A stretch of 55,490 nt of DNA from Promethearchaeota archaeon (GTDB lineage: Archaea; Asgardarchaeota; Lokiarchaeia; Sigyniarchaeales; SOKP01), in NCBI GenBank assembly GCA_048940645.1, contig JBHLOI010000020.1:1-55490 (forward strand), in the 5' to 3' direction. The notes under the pieces were generated by a model that was not told the DNA's origin, did not search any database, and saw only the letters and a program-made list of their open reading frames with translations. Shown one piece after another: positions 9,623-19,270 of the stretch; within the stretch, counting starts at the first letter, position 1, and each line of letters opens with the position of its first letter. Position numbers and translations under genes: made by a program.

Positions 9623-10570
9623 ATGCCAGCAGAAAATTTTAAAGAGAAATTGAAGAAAGTAAATCAATTTAAATTAGAGAAAAGTGATAACCTTTTTGAA
9701 TTAGTAAAAGCATTAGCTGATACTGGATTTAACGCTAAGAGATTAGCTAAAGCGTGTGAAATCTATAAAGAAATGATTGATGATAAAGATTGTACTAAAT
9801 TTTTTGGATTAGCTGGAGCCTTAATACCAGCAGGTATGCAGGGAGTAATCTATGATTTTATTAAGTATGATTTTATTGATATTTTAGTTACAACTGGTGC
9901 CAATTTGACTCATGATCTCGCAGAAACTCTTGGATTCCACCATTTGCAAGGTGAATTTAAGATGCATGAATTAGATGATATTAGCCTTCATGAAAATCAG
10001 CTAAACCGTATTTATGATGTTTTGTTACCTAATGAGGTGTATGAAGGTATAGAAGATTTTGTATCTGATTTATTTATACCTGATAAAAATATACCAGTTA
10101 GCTCTTTCCTAAAAACTCTAGGAGAACAATTACCAGATAATAAAAACTCAATATTAAGAATATGTGCAGAAAAGGAGATTCCAATATTTTGTCCAGCATT
10201 TACAGATTCGGGTTTAGCATTACAATTAGGTTTCCACCATCGAGATTTAAACCTAAACCATTTTAAAGATATGTTAAAAATGGTTGATTTAGCATGGGAT
10301 GCTAAACATGCGGGTGTATGTATTGTCGGGGGAGGTGTTCCAAAGAATTTTATTTTTCAATCCCTTCAATTTTGTCCCACTTCAGCAATTTATGCAATAC
10401 AGATTACAATGGATCGTCCAGAACCAGGAGGTTTAAGCGGAGCAACAATAGAAGAAGCAATCTCATGGGGGAAGGTTAATGAGAAAGCAAAATATTCTAC
10501 AGTAATTTCTGATGCTACGATCGCTTTACCAATAATATTATTATATTTAAAAAAGTCAATTAAGCCTTAA
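9623..10570 (+). CDS. dys: Deoxyhypusine synthase
   Basis: 'TTGANLTHD', 'GGGVPKNF', 'GGLSGATIEEAISWGK' (catalytic Lys), 'DATIALP'. Confidence 0.93.
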   Translation: MPAENFKEKLKKVNQFKLEKSDNLFELVKALADTGFNAKRLAKACEIYKEMIDDKDCTKFFGLAGALIPAGMQGVIYDFIKYDFIDILVTTGANLTHDLAETLGFHHLQGEFKMHELDDISLHENQLNRIYDVLLPNEVYEGIEDFVSDLFIPDKNIPVSSFLKTLGEQLPDNKNSILRICAEKEIPIFCPAFTDSGLALQLGFHHRDLNLNHFKDMLKMVDLAWDAKHAGVCIVGGGVPKNFIFQSLQFCPTSAIYAIQITMDRPEPGGLSGATIEEAISWGKVNEKAKYSTVISDATIALPIILLYLKKSIKP

Positions 10571-10574
10571 AATT

Positions 10575-11039
10575 TTAATAAAATAGCCCTTTTAATTTTT
10601 GATCTACATTTTGTGTGTCAGAACCAAAAATTTGATCAAATTTTTCCTTAAAATCTTTAAATTGAGAAACTTCGGACAAATTTTTCTTATTATTTAGCTT
10701 TTTAAATTCACTTGCTACATTAGTCAATAATGGCTTGAGGATTTTCTTTATATATTTATCAATTTTCTTTTCTCTGTCAAAAATAGCATAAGATACTAAG
10801 GGTTCAGGATTTACACTATCTTCTGCTGTAATTTGATCATTTATAAAAGCTATGACAAACTTTTTTCCTTCAAAATATTCAATTACATTCTTTGTAAAAG
10901 CAGTATCTGCAAAATTTAAGAGAGCTGTTAATAAACCACTTCTTAAGTCTGTATCAATTTTTCCTAAAGTTGTCTTATGATAACTTTTTTTAACTAAAGT
11001 AAATCCTCTGAATAATAAACCAACTTCTCGGATAACCAT
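10575..11039 (-). CDS. Longin-like domain protein
   Basis: N-terminal beta-hairpin then 'DLRSGLLTALLNFA' helix typical of Asgard longin/roadblock-like proteins. Confidence 0.55.
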   Translation of the reverse strand: MVIREVGLLFRGFTLVKKSYHKTTLGKIDTDLRSGLLTALLNFADTAFTKNVIEYFEGKKFVIAFINDQITAEDSVNPEPLVSYAIFDREKKIDKYIKKILKPLLTNVASEFKKLNNKKNLSEVSQFKDFKEKFDQIFGSDTQNVDQKLKGLFY

Positions 11040-11169
11040 TTTTAAGAATTTGGATTAATTTTGTTTATAACTTAATATTTTCTTCGATTTATTTCATTTA
11101 TTCAATATTTTAATTATACAAGTTTTTTATAATAAATGCTTTGAATATTTTACAATATAATTAGAATAA

Positions 11170-12399
11170 ATGTTTTTAATAAGAAATAATATTTATCGAA
11201 TATTTCTTGGAGTTATGATTACTAAGCAAAAAATCAAATTATGTGCTGATAATATTACAAAAAGTATTAACATTAAAAATGACGGTGAATTTGTAGTAAT
11301 AAGGGGTGGATTCCACTGTCATGAGCTTTTGGAGGAAATTGCTTTAAGTGTCCTTAGAAATGGAGGAATTCCACATATTATTTCCACAAGTGATTATTTT
11401 GAGGAAAATATCTGGCAAGATGACACAATAAAAGCGAAAACATTAGAAAAACCACCATTTCCCTATATTGAAATGATTAAAAATATAGATGCTTATATAA
11501 CCATTGAATATCCTGAAGATCCGTCTATACGGAACAAGGCACCACAAAACAAGCTTGGTGCATATCAAAAATCAATAGCTCCGTTAAGAAATGTTATATA
11601 CGGATTTAAAGAGGAATATGCACCGGGTAAAAAGTGGTGTTATGCTGCTTGGCCTTCAAAAAAAGCTGCAAAATTTTATAATGTTGACTATGAATTATTT
11701 GAAAAATTCATTGTTGATGGTATGAGTATTCCATCAGAAGAACTAACTAGAATTACAACGAAATTGGGAAGATTTTTCGTTGATGCTAAGAAAGTATATG
11801 TAAGTGATGATTTTGGTACAGATTTTTGGGTTTCCATAGAAAATAGAGCAAAAATTCTCGATAACGGTTTACTTTCTAACGAACAAATTGCCTTAGGAGG
11901 CTTAGGAGGAAATTTACCAGCAGGTGAATTGTATATTCCTCCAAATGAAAAACAAGGAGAAGGAAAGATATTTTGTCCATTAACAAAAGAACGTTATACT
12001 CATAAAATTTTGAAAAATGTTGAGCTTAATTTTAAGAACGGGAGGTTGTTGATGGATAAAGTTAGAGCTGATACAAATTTAGATATTTTAATCGATGCTT
12101 TTAAAAAACGAGAAAAATTAGATAAAGAAAATAATGTTCCAGAGATTAGGACATATAATGTTGCTGAGTTAGGAATTGGTTGTAATCCTGTAATTACTAA
12201 AGCTATCGGATATATTCTTACAGATGAGAAAATAGATGGAAGTGTTCATGTTGCTTTTGGATTTAATAAATCATTCGGAGGAACATCAGTCTCTCAAATG
12301 CATTGGGATTTTGTTACCGCCCCTAAGGCAAATATTACTATTGAGTATTTGGACGGAACTAAAAAACATATAATGGAAAATGGTAGATTAATAGAATAA
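11170..12399 (+). CDS. Aminopeptidase, M29 (AmpS/T) family; true start may lie about 15 codons downstream
   Basis: 'NLPAGE', 'AELGIG', 'DEKIDGSVHVAFG', 'HWD'. Confidence 0.9.
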   Translation: MFLIRNNIYRIFLGVMITKQKIKLCADNITKSINIKNDGEFVVIRGGFHCHELLEEIALSVLRNGGIPHIISTSDYFEENIWQDDTIKAKTLEKPPFPYIEMIKNIDAYITIEYPEDPSIRNKAPQNKLGAYQKSIAPLRNVIYGFKEEYAPGKKWCYAAWPSKKAAKFYNVDYELFEKFIVDGMSIPSEELTRITTKLGRFFVDAKKVYVSDDFGTDFWVSIENRAKILDNGLLSNEQIALGGLGGNLPAGELYIPPNEKQGEGKIFCPLTKERYTHKILKNVELNFKNGRLLMDKVRADTNLDILIDAFKKREKLDKENNVPEIRTYNVAELGIGCNPVITKAIGYILTDEKIDGSVHVAFGFNKSFGGTSVSQMHWDFVTAPKANITIEYLDGTKKHIMENGRLIE

Positions 12400-12424
12400 C
12401 ACTTAATAATGATTTTTTTTTACG

Positions 12425-12898
12425 TCAGGGAATTTCTTCTAAGAATTCTACAATTTTTTCTAAGACTAATTCTTTAAAATTAATTCTATCAGTATTAAAA
12501 TTATATTTCTTGATAAGTGTCTCTTCCTTTGTTGAAAATCCTATGTATACTAATCCAATAGGCTTATCAATTGTTCCTCCTGTCGGTCCAGCAATTCCAG
12601 TAATTCCTATTCCAATGTCAACGTTAGAAAGAACTCTTATGTTATAAGCTAATTGTCTTGCCACGGTCTCAGAAACAGCACCAAATGTTTCTATACTCTT
12701 TGGATTTACATTTAATATCTCTATTTTTGATTTATTACTATAACAGACAATACCCCGCTCAAAAACATTTGAAGCTCCAGAAATATTAGTAATCATATGT
12801 GAAATATACCCTCCTGTACATGATTCTGCGACGGCTAATAAAAGCTTCTTTCTCTTGGACTCCTTGATTATGTTTTCAATTCTTTTCAGCATTTTCAT
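12425..12898 (-). CDS. cinA: CinA C-terminal domain protein / NMN deamidase (PncC)
   Basis: 'AESCTGG', 'YSNKSK', 'GAVS', 'ITGIAGPTGG..KPIGLVYIG'. Confidence 0.9.
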   Translation of the reverse strand: MKMLKRIENIIKESKRKKLLLAVAESCTGGYISHMITNISGASNVFERGIVCYSNKSKIEILNVNPKSIETFGAVSETVARQLAYNIRVLSNVDIGIGITGIAGPTGGTIDKPIGLVYIGFSTKEETLIKKYNFNTDRINFKELVLEKIVEFLEEIP

Positions 12899-13082
12899 AA
12901 TTATAAAGAAATCTTTTTATCATTAGTTTTGCTTTAATTTAACTCAATAAATTGTAAAGATTAAAAGAACTAATTATTATTATAAATTCAATATAAATAT
13001 AATCATAAATATTAATAATTAAGATTTTGAATAGTTAAATTTAAATTTAGTATAATACCCGGAAAAGCTAAGGAGTGATTAA

Positions 13083-13628
13083 ATGAGCGGTAGTAAAGAA
13101 AAGAAGGATTTTGTATTCAAAATTACTGTGATCGGCGATGGAGGAGTCGGTAAAACATCTTTAATTAAAAAGTATACTCAAGGCTCATTTCAAAAACAAT
13201 ATATTAAAACACTTGGAGCTCAATTTTCAAAATATGATGAAAAAATAGAAGGAAATATGGTAAAACTTTTCTTCTGGGATATAGCCGGCCAAGCGGAGTT
13301 CAGTTTTATGAGACCTACGTTTTATAAAGGAAGCAAAGCAGCCATTATTGTTTTTTCACATGCGCTTGGGGAAGAAAAGAGTTTTAGTAATATTACTGAG
13401 TGGCATGAAGATATTAAGAAATATTGTGGAAATATTCCTATAATTCTATTTGGAAATAAAATTGACTTAGTTGATATAGAAAAATTAGATAACGGTAAAG
13501 CAGAAGAGATTGTAGATCAACGAAAATTTTTGGGATATTATAAAACGAGTGCAAAGACGGGTACTGGAGTATATGAAGCATTTCAAGCAATAATTCAAGA
13601 ATTACATAATAAATTTAAAGACCAATAG
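13083..13628 (+). CDS. Rab-like small GTPase
   Basis: G1 GDGGVGKTS, G2 TLG, G3 WDIAGQ, G4 NKID, G5 SAK; no C-terminal prenylation Cys. Confidence 0.93.
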   Translation: MSGSKEKKDFVFKITVIGDGGVGKTSLIKKYTQGSFQKQYIKTLGAQFSKYDEKIEGNMVKLFFWDIAGQAEFSFMRPTFYKGSKAAIIVFSHALGEEKSFSNITEWHEDIKKYCGNIPIILFGNKIDLVDIEKLDNGKAEEIVDQRKFLGYYKTSAKTGTGVYEAFQAIIQELHNKFKDQ

Positions 13629-13659
13629 ATATTTTCACCTTAAATCCCAATGATTACTT

Positions 13660-13953
13660 ATGTTAGAAGAATTCAAAGAGGGTTATCCAAAAATTTTGTT
13701 TTTTTCATCAGCACATTGTGCACCTTGCAAGCCTATAGAAGAAATTTTAAAAAGGATTAATATTTCTATGTTTGGAAAGAAATTATTTATTGAAAAAATT
13801 GATGTAGAAAAAAATTATAAATTAACAAGCTATTATAAAATTACTTCACTACCTACTATAATTGTAGCAGACAGACGACTTACAGTAAATATTCAAGAGG
13901 AAGACATAATTGATGCAATTTTGTATGGATTTATTTCTTCAGTAAAAATATAA
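13660..13953 (+). CDS. Thioredoxin-fold protein
   Basis: CAPC active-site motif, 'IDVE', 'SLPT' cis-Pro loop. Confidence 0.85.
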   Translation: MLEEFKEGYPKILFFSSAHCAPCKPIEEILKRINISMFGKKLFIEKIDVEKNYKLTSYYKITSLPTIIVADRRLTVNIQEEDIIDAILYGFISSVKI

Positions 13954-14013
13954 AATTTAATAAAAACCAAATTAAAATTTAAATATAATAAAAAATGAGT
14001 AGGATAGATTGAT

Positions 14014-14493
14014 ATGGATCGCCAATTACTCTCAAAAATTTTAACACAAATGAAGAATCATTTGAAAGGAGGTAAAGAAATTGGTGATATGAAAGTTGGA
14101 GCTTTGCTTGCTCTAGGTCATCAATTGGAAGCTATCTTTTATTATTTAGGCCATGAACTAGGGACTATTTTAAAAGTCGAACAAGGCCAAGATGCTTCGA
14201 AAATCCCTGATCTTTTAAAAGAGATTATATCAGAATATAATATAGGGAAAGTAGAAATTTCTGAAAGTTCTGATGAAATTGTACAGTTAAAATTAAAAGA
14301 ACATTCATCTATTAAGGATTTAATTGGGAAGGGTATCAAAACCGAGGGAAGTTTTTGTTCTTTTGAAGCAGGCTTATTAGCAGGTATAGTAGAAAAAATG
14401 AGTAATATTCATTGTTTTGCCCAAGAAATAAATTGTTGCTTGCAAACTGGTAAGGATTACTGTGAATTCATGATAGTTTTCCAAAAAGATTAA
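14014..14493 (+). CDS. V4R domain protein (Bet3/TRAPP-related fold)
   Basis: 'FCSFEAGLLAGIVE...EINCCLQTGKDYCEF' V4R signature. Confidence 0.85.
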   Translation: MDRQLLSKILTQMKNHLKGGKEIGDMKVGALLALGHQLEAIFYYLGHELGTILKVEQGQDASKIPDLLKEIISEYNIGKVEISESSDEIVQLKLKEHSSIKDLIGKGIKTEGSFCSFEAGLLAGIVEKMSNIHCFAQEINCCLQTGKDYCEFMIVFQKD

Positions 14494-14594
14494 ATATGAA
14501 TTTTCTAATCTAATTCTTTTATTTAGATTAAAGTTTCGATGGTTTTTTTAGTTAAATTTAACAATTTTTTTTAAAAAATAATAAGATAAAAAGT

Positions 14595-15260
14595 TTATAT
14601 AAAAGTTATATCTTGATAATCTGTATCGGTCAATTCTTTTTTTGCTACCCCTAGATCCCGAACTTGTTGATTTAGTTTCATAACAGCATCTCTAACAATC
14701 TCCTTCTTTTTTGCGCCTGTACAAACAATTCTACCTGTAGAAAAAATCAAAAATACCGTTTTAGGTTCTTGCATACGATAAATTAGTCCAGGAAAAACTT
14801 CTGGTTCATACATCGCATATTCCATAACGATAGCAGCCATGTTTAAATCTATATTTGTATGTAAGTCACCACTTGCAACAATATTTTGAATTGTTATTTC
14901 TGGATTTGCTAATTTAATTCCTGCTTTTCTTATATTTTTAACTACTTTATCTACTACGCGTTCTGCCTCTGATGCTTTACGTAATCCAGTTACCACCATT
15001 TTTCCAGTTGAAAATATTAAAATTGTCGCGCGAGGTTTTTCTATTCTCATCACTAATCCAGGAAATCGCTCAGGATTGTATTCAACTTCGGCATGTTTCC
15101 GTGCAATTTGATTAAGATCTATTTTTTCTGTAATTTCTACAGTGACAGTAGCTACAACATTTTCAATTTTGTAGTCCAAATCGCTCTCATAATCAAATTC
15201 TTCTTCTTCGTCTTCCTCCTCCTCTTCCTCCTCTTCAAAATCGTTTTCTTCTTCTGACAT
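14595..15260 (-). CDS. tbp: TATA-box binding protein with an acidic N-terminal extension
   Basis: Two TBP repeats: 'IENVVAT...YNPERFPGL...LIFSTGKMVVTG' and 'IQNIVAS...YEPEVFPGL...LIFSTGRIVCTG'. Confidence 0.97.
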   Translation of the reverse strand: MSEEENDFEEEEEEEEDEEEEFDYESDLDYKIENVVATVTVEITEKIDLNQIARKHAEVEYNPERFPGLVMRIEKPRATILIFSTGKMVVTGLRKASEAERVVDKVVKNIRKAGIKLANPEITIQNIVASGDLHTNIDLNMAAIVMEYAMYEPEVFPGLIYRMQEPKTVFLIFSTGRIVCTGAKKKEIVRDAVMKLNQQVRDLGVAKKELTDTDYQDITFI

Positions 15261-15455
15261 TATTCATCATAGAGATAAATCTGATTGAAATAAAATGAAA
15301 AAATTAAATTAGGTATAAATGGTATTTTTTTATATATTTTTATTTAAATAAATTATCATTTATAAAGGCATTTATAAATAACTATTTATACAAAATTATT
15401 TTACGAATTTTAGTATAAAGATTTAAAAATATTTTAAAAACATATTATGAGATAT

Positions 15456-15986
15456 TTATTTGTTTAGATTTTTGTCTAATGTCTTCTTTGTGATTCTTGT
15501 AAACGCTTGTTCCACATTTGAACCCGTTTTAGCAGAGGTAGATATAAATTCCATATTATTTTTTTTAGCAAATTCGATTCCTTGTTTATCTTGAACTTTA
15601 ATTTTATCATTTAAATCACTTTTGTTTCCTATTAGAACCAAAGGCTCATTTCCTCTGGCTTGCTTAAAATCTTGGATCCAACCATCAAGTTTATCAAAAG
15701 TTTTTTTCTTTGTACAATCATAGACTAACATACCAGCATTTGCACCTTCCAAATATAGCCTTCTAAGAGATTTAAACGATTCTTGTCCTCCTAAGTCCCA
15801 AATTTGCGCGGATACCTCCCCATACTCTTTAATATTCATCTCTTTTTTTAATAAGTTTACTCCCAAAGTGCTTTTATAATTTTCTCTAAATTTATCTTCA
15901 ATAAATCTATACACCAAAGAAGTTTTTCCTACGTTTGCTTCACCAAGCAAAACAATTTTAATGATATAATGACCATTTGAATCCAA
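15456..15986 (-). CDS. Rab-like small GTPase (TTG start, GGAGGT upstream)
   Basis: GEANVGKTS, YKSTLG, WDLGGQE, NKSD, SAK. Confidence 0.93.
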   Translation of the reverse strand: MDSNGHYIIKIVLLGEANVGKTSLVYRFIEDKFRENYKSTLGVNLLKKEMNIKEYGEVSAQIWDLGGQESFKSLRRLYLEGANAGMLVYDCTKKKTFDKLDGWIQDFKQARGNEPLVLIGNKSDLNDKIKVQDKQGIEFAKKNNMEFISTSAKTGSNVEQAFTRITKKTLDKNLNK

Positions 15987-16117
15987 TTATGTTTTACCTC
16001 CTTAAATTTATTGCAATATTTTTTGATATTTTCATAATAAAATTTATCCTTATTAATAATTTTCTTCTTGGTTTTAATATAATAAATCCAAGAAAACTTT
16101 AACCTGAAAAAAGTTGA

Positions 16118-16471
16118 TTAAAATAAGAGATTTTTTGTATCTATTTTATTATAGATTGCGGTAATAGAATTAATATACTCCTCATAAAGATTTTTTATCA
16201 TCTGAAAACGTTTAGCTTTATTATAAGTAAAAAGAAATAATTGATTCAAACTATAATTATGATTGGATTGATATATGTCTTTAGTTAAACCAAATAAAGC
16301 ACTATTTTGATCAATAAAGTTACATAAAATATATCTGTTCTCAGTTGTTAAGTTTAGGTCATTTAAAAGGCCATACATTTTTAAAACTAATGGTCCTTGA
16401 AATTTAATTCTCGTGGTTTTAATTAATTGAAAAAGTTCAAAAAATTTCTTTCTCTTCAATACCGACGACAT
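16118..16471 (-). CDS. Hypothetical protein
   Basis: 117-aa ATG ORF filling the gap; no recognised motif. Confidence 0.6.
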   Translation of the reverse strand: MSSVLKRKKFFELFQLIKTTRIKFQGPLVLKMYGLLNDLNLTTENRYILCNFIDQNSALFGLTKDIYQSNHNYSLNQLFLFTYNKAKRFQMIKNLYEEYINSITAIYNKIDTKNLLF

Positions 16472-16603
16472 AAATAATTAGTTAGAATTATAATATATTT
16501 TCCACAGTAATATCTACGTAATACATCGGAAGCAATACATTATTTTAGTATGTAAAAATATAAATTCCCAAAATAATTTTCTTCAAGGAAATTGAGAAGG
16601 CAT

Positions 16604-16876
16604 TTAAAAGGCATAGTCAAAACCTTTAAATTTATTTTTAGGTTGGTTAAATTTATACTCAACATTTTCTACTTCTGCAAATTTTGGGCCCTTCTTTGAA
16701 AACTCTAATAATTCATATAATTTATCCTGAGGGCCTTCTGCTTCTATATAAACAGTTCCATCAGGCATATTTTTAACAAAGCCGGTTAGACCTAATTTTC
16801 TAGCAAACTTTCGTGTAGTATAGCGAAAAAAGACTCCTTGTACTAACCCATAAACTTTTATAGTAAGATGTTTCAT
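16604..16876 (-). CDS. acyP: Acylphosphatase
   Basis: 'VYGLVQGVFFR', 'GFVKNMPDGTV', 'KGP..A.V'. Confidence 0.95.
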   Translation of the reverse strand: MKHLTIKVYGLVQGVFFRYTTRKFARKLGLTGFVKNMPDGTVYIEAEGPQDKLYELLEFSKKGPKFAEVENVEYKFNQPKNKFKGFDYAF

Positions 16877-16901
16877 AAAAAAAAATAAGCTTCAAGAATA
16901 T

Positions 16902-18035
16902 TTATTTTTTAACCAGATTTTTCATTACTTGAATATTTTCATCTAAATCCTTCCTTGTAATATTTGGATGAATATCTAAAGCAAAAATTTCTCTGGTCAC
17001 TTTCTCTACAATCGGTAAAGATATGTTGTTATAATCAGTCTCCTTTCCGTAAAATGGGCAAGACCATGGACACCCTTTTGGATAAGCTATTTTATGCTGA
17101 AAGAGCTTAGTCTTATACAAAGGTTTAGGATAAAGAATTTTGCTCTTAGGAAATCGTTCAATAAATTGTGATTTATTTAAACCGATTATTTCAGGGTTAA
17201 TTCGTCCTATCCAATAATTAAAAGCAGGCTCACAATATTCGGGTACATAAGGAGGAACAATTCCATTGATTTCACTAACAGCATCAGATAAATATTGGGC
17301 ATTTTTATTTCTTTTATCAATAAAATTACCAATTCTCTTTAGCTGCACTTTCCCAATTGCACCTTGAATTTCAGTCATTCTATAATTATAACCCAAGCGA
17401 TTGTAGACATACCAAGAAGGCTCTCCATGGTGCCGTAATAATCGACACTGTTCAGCTAGTGCATCATTGTTAGTTGTAATCATTCCCCCCTCTCCAGTTG
17501 TTATATTTTTAGACGGATAAAAACTAAAACAACCAATATTCCCTAATGAACCAACCTTTTCACCTTTAAACTTTGAACCAATTGATTGGCAAGCATCTTC
17601 AATAATGTATAAATTATGATCATCGGCTATATCTTTTAATCCATCCATATCAGCAACCATACCAGCGAGATGAACTGGTATTAAAGCTTTTGTTTTATCA
17701 GTAATTTTTTCCTCAACTGATTTAGGATCTAGTGTGTAAGTCTTATTGTCTATGTCTGCAAAAATTGGTATAGCGTTATTATGTAGGATTGAACTTGCGG
17801 TTGCTATGAATGTAAATGGAGGAACTATTACTTCATCCCCAGGACCAATATCTAGAGCAGCTATAGCAATATGTAAGGCTGCTGTACCTGTATTAATTCC
17901 AATTGCATGTTTAACGCCAATATATTTGGCAAAATCTTTTTCAAAGGATTTTACAGCTTCACCATGAAGCAAAGTCAACATTTGGGATTTCATTACTTTA
18001 ATTACTTCTTTTTGTTCTTCCTCTGTCAAGTTCAT
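16902..18035 (-). CDS. DegT/DnrJ/EryC1/StrS PLP aminotransferase
   Basis: 'EDACQSIG', 'FSFYPSKNITTGEGG', 'LGYNYRMTEIQ'. Confidence 0.92.
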   Translation of the reverse strand: MNLTEEEQKEVIKVMKSQMLTLLHGEAVKSFEKDFAKYIGVKHAIGINTGTAALHIAIAALDIGPGDEVIVPPFTFIATASSILHNNAIPIFADIDNKTYTLDPKSVEEKITDKTKALIPVHLAGMVADMDGLKDIADDHNLYIIEDACQSIGSKFKGEKVGSLGNIGCFSFYPSKNITTGEGGMITTNNDALAEQCRLLRHHGEPSWYVYNRLGYNYRMTEIQGAIGKVQLKRIGNFIDKRNKNAQYLSDAVSEINGIVPPYVPEYCEPAFNYWIGRINPEIIGLNKSQFIERFPKSKILYPKPLYKTKLFQHKIAYPKGCPWSCPFYGKETDYNNISLPIVEKVTREIFALDIHPNITRKDLDENIQVMKNLVKK

Positions 18036-18152
18036 AATTTCATCAAAATTAATTAGTATTAAATTCTCTAATTTAAGATTAGTGTTTTTTAATAAAAAAA
18101 ATAGTAGCCTTCTTAAGAATCTGATTATTTAAGAAAAGAAGAATTAAAATAT

Positions 18153-18791
18153 TTAGAATATTAAATAATACTTATCATTTAAGGTATTATAACCAATGAT
18201 CTCATTCTTAACTAAAGTTTCAATAACAGTAGTTAACCATCTTGTACTGGTTTTTATAGATTTATTAAGTTCTTTAAAACTTAACTCCTCATTAATAGCT
18301 AATAAAAATTGAATCTTGCTTTTTACTTTTAGATGATCAGAGGTGGCTATTTTATCAAACTTCTTTTGTAGATCATATTCTTTTGTTTTTAAATTCGCGA
18401 CTTCATTACTTAATTTTCCAATAACCTCATCTCTTGTCCTAAAAACATTTAATACTTTTTCTAGAAACATCCGCTCTATATGTTCTTTTAATTCTTCTTC
18501 ACTTAATTCAAATTCTAAAGTTTTTTTGAAATCATCCAAAATACCAATATAATCTTGACTTTCATCATATTTATCTAAGACTAATACAAATATTATATCT
18601 TTTATTTCATTATAATAAGAAATTGAATTCCAATTTTTTTCTTCAATTGTTATATGAGATTCTACGAAGTTGTGGGAGATTTGAATCTGTTGTACAATAT
18701 TATCTGGGATATCAATATCATTAGGATATTTCATATAAATAACTCCTCCAGTAATTTCATCCCATTTAATTAAACAAATACCTAAAGGAAT
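18153..18791 (-). CDS. uDENN/longin-like N-domain + coiled coil + winged-helix protein; probably extends 19 codons upstream of the ATG at 18734 to an ATT
   Basis: In-frame upstream sequence reads IPLGICLIKWDEITGGVIY-MKYP, behind a GGTGAGG SD-like motif; C-terminal 'LSFKELNKSI...IETLVKNEIIGY...YYL' is wHTH-like. Confidence 0.6.
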   Translation of the reverse strand: MPLGICLIKWDEITGGVIYMKYPNDIDIPDNIVQQIQISHNFVESHITIEEKNWNSISYYNEIKDIIFVLVLDKYDESQDYIGILDDFKKTLEFELSEEELKEHIERMFLEKVLNVFRTRDEVIGKLSNEVANLKTKEYDLQKKFDKIATSDHLKVKSKIQFLLAINEELSFKELNKSIKTSTRWLTTVIETLVKNEIIGYNTLNDKYYLIF

Positions 18792-18994
18792 AGAACCTCA
18801 CCAAACAAAACCTAATTCCTACCTTTAAATTATAAAAGTTTTTATTAATAAATTTAATTTGAAAATGCTAATTTTTCAGTATGCATAACAATGAATATAT
18901 CTCAGAATTATGCCAAATTTATGTGAGTGATTATTATTAGATTGACTTAAAAAATAAATATTACAAAAATTACTTTATAAATAGTGAATCTGAC

Positions 18995-19270
18995 ATGGCT
19001 GTTTTTTATGTTTATATATTAGAAACAATTTCTAAAAATAATAGGAAAAGATTTTATACAGGCTACACCAGTAACTTAGAAAGAAGACTTAAAGAACATA
19101 AGAAAGGAACTGGCGCCAGATTTTGTCGGGGAAAAAAAGTAATTAGCCTTAAATATTTTGAATCATTCACAGAAAGAAGAAATGCTATGAGAAGGGAATT
19201 AGAAATTAAATCTCTTCCGAGAAGAGAAAAAATTGAACTCATAAAAAACTTTTATCATGTTGAAAGTTGA
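18995..19270 (+). CDS. GIY-YIG nuclease family protein (UPF0213-like)
   Basis: 'YVYIL...FYTGYTSNLERRLKEH..G.GA', 'AMRRELEIK'. Confidence 0.9.
   Translation: MAVFYVYILETISKNNRKRFYTGYTSNLERRLKEHKKGTGARFCRGKKVISLKYFESFTERRNAMRRELEIKSLPRREKIELIKNFYHVES

Noticed and set aside
18995-19270. GIY-YIG gene as a homing endonuclease or mobile element
   Set aside because: 91-aa stand-alone housekeeping type with no intron/intein context and no DNA-binding extension.
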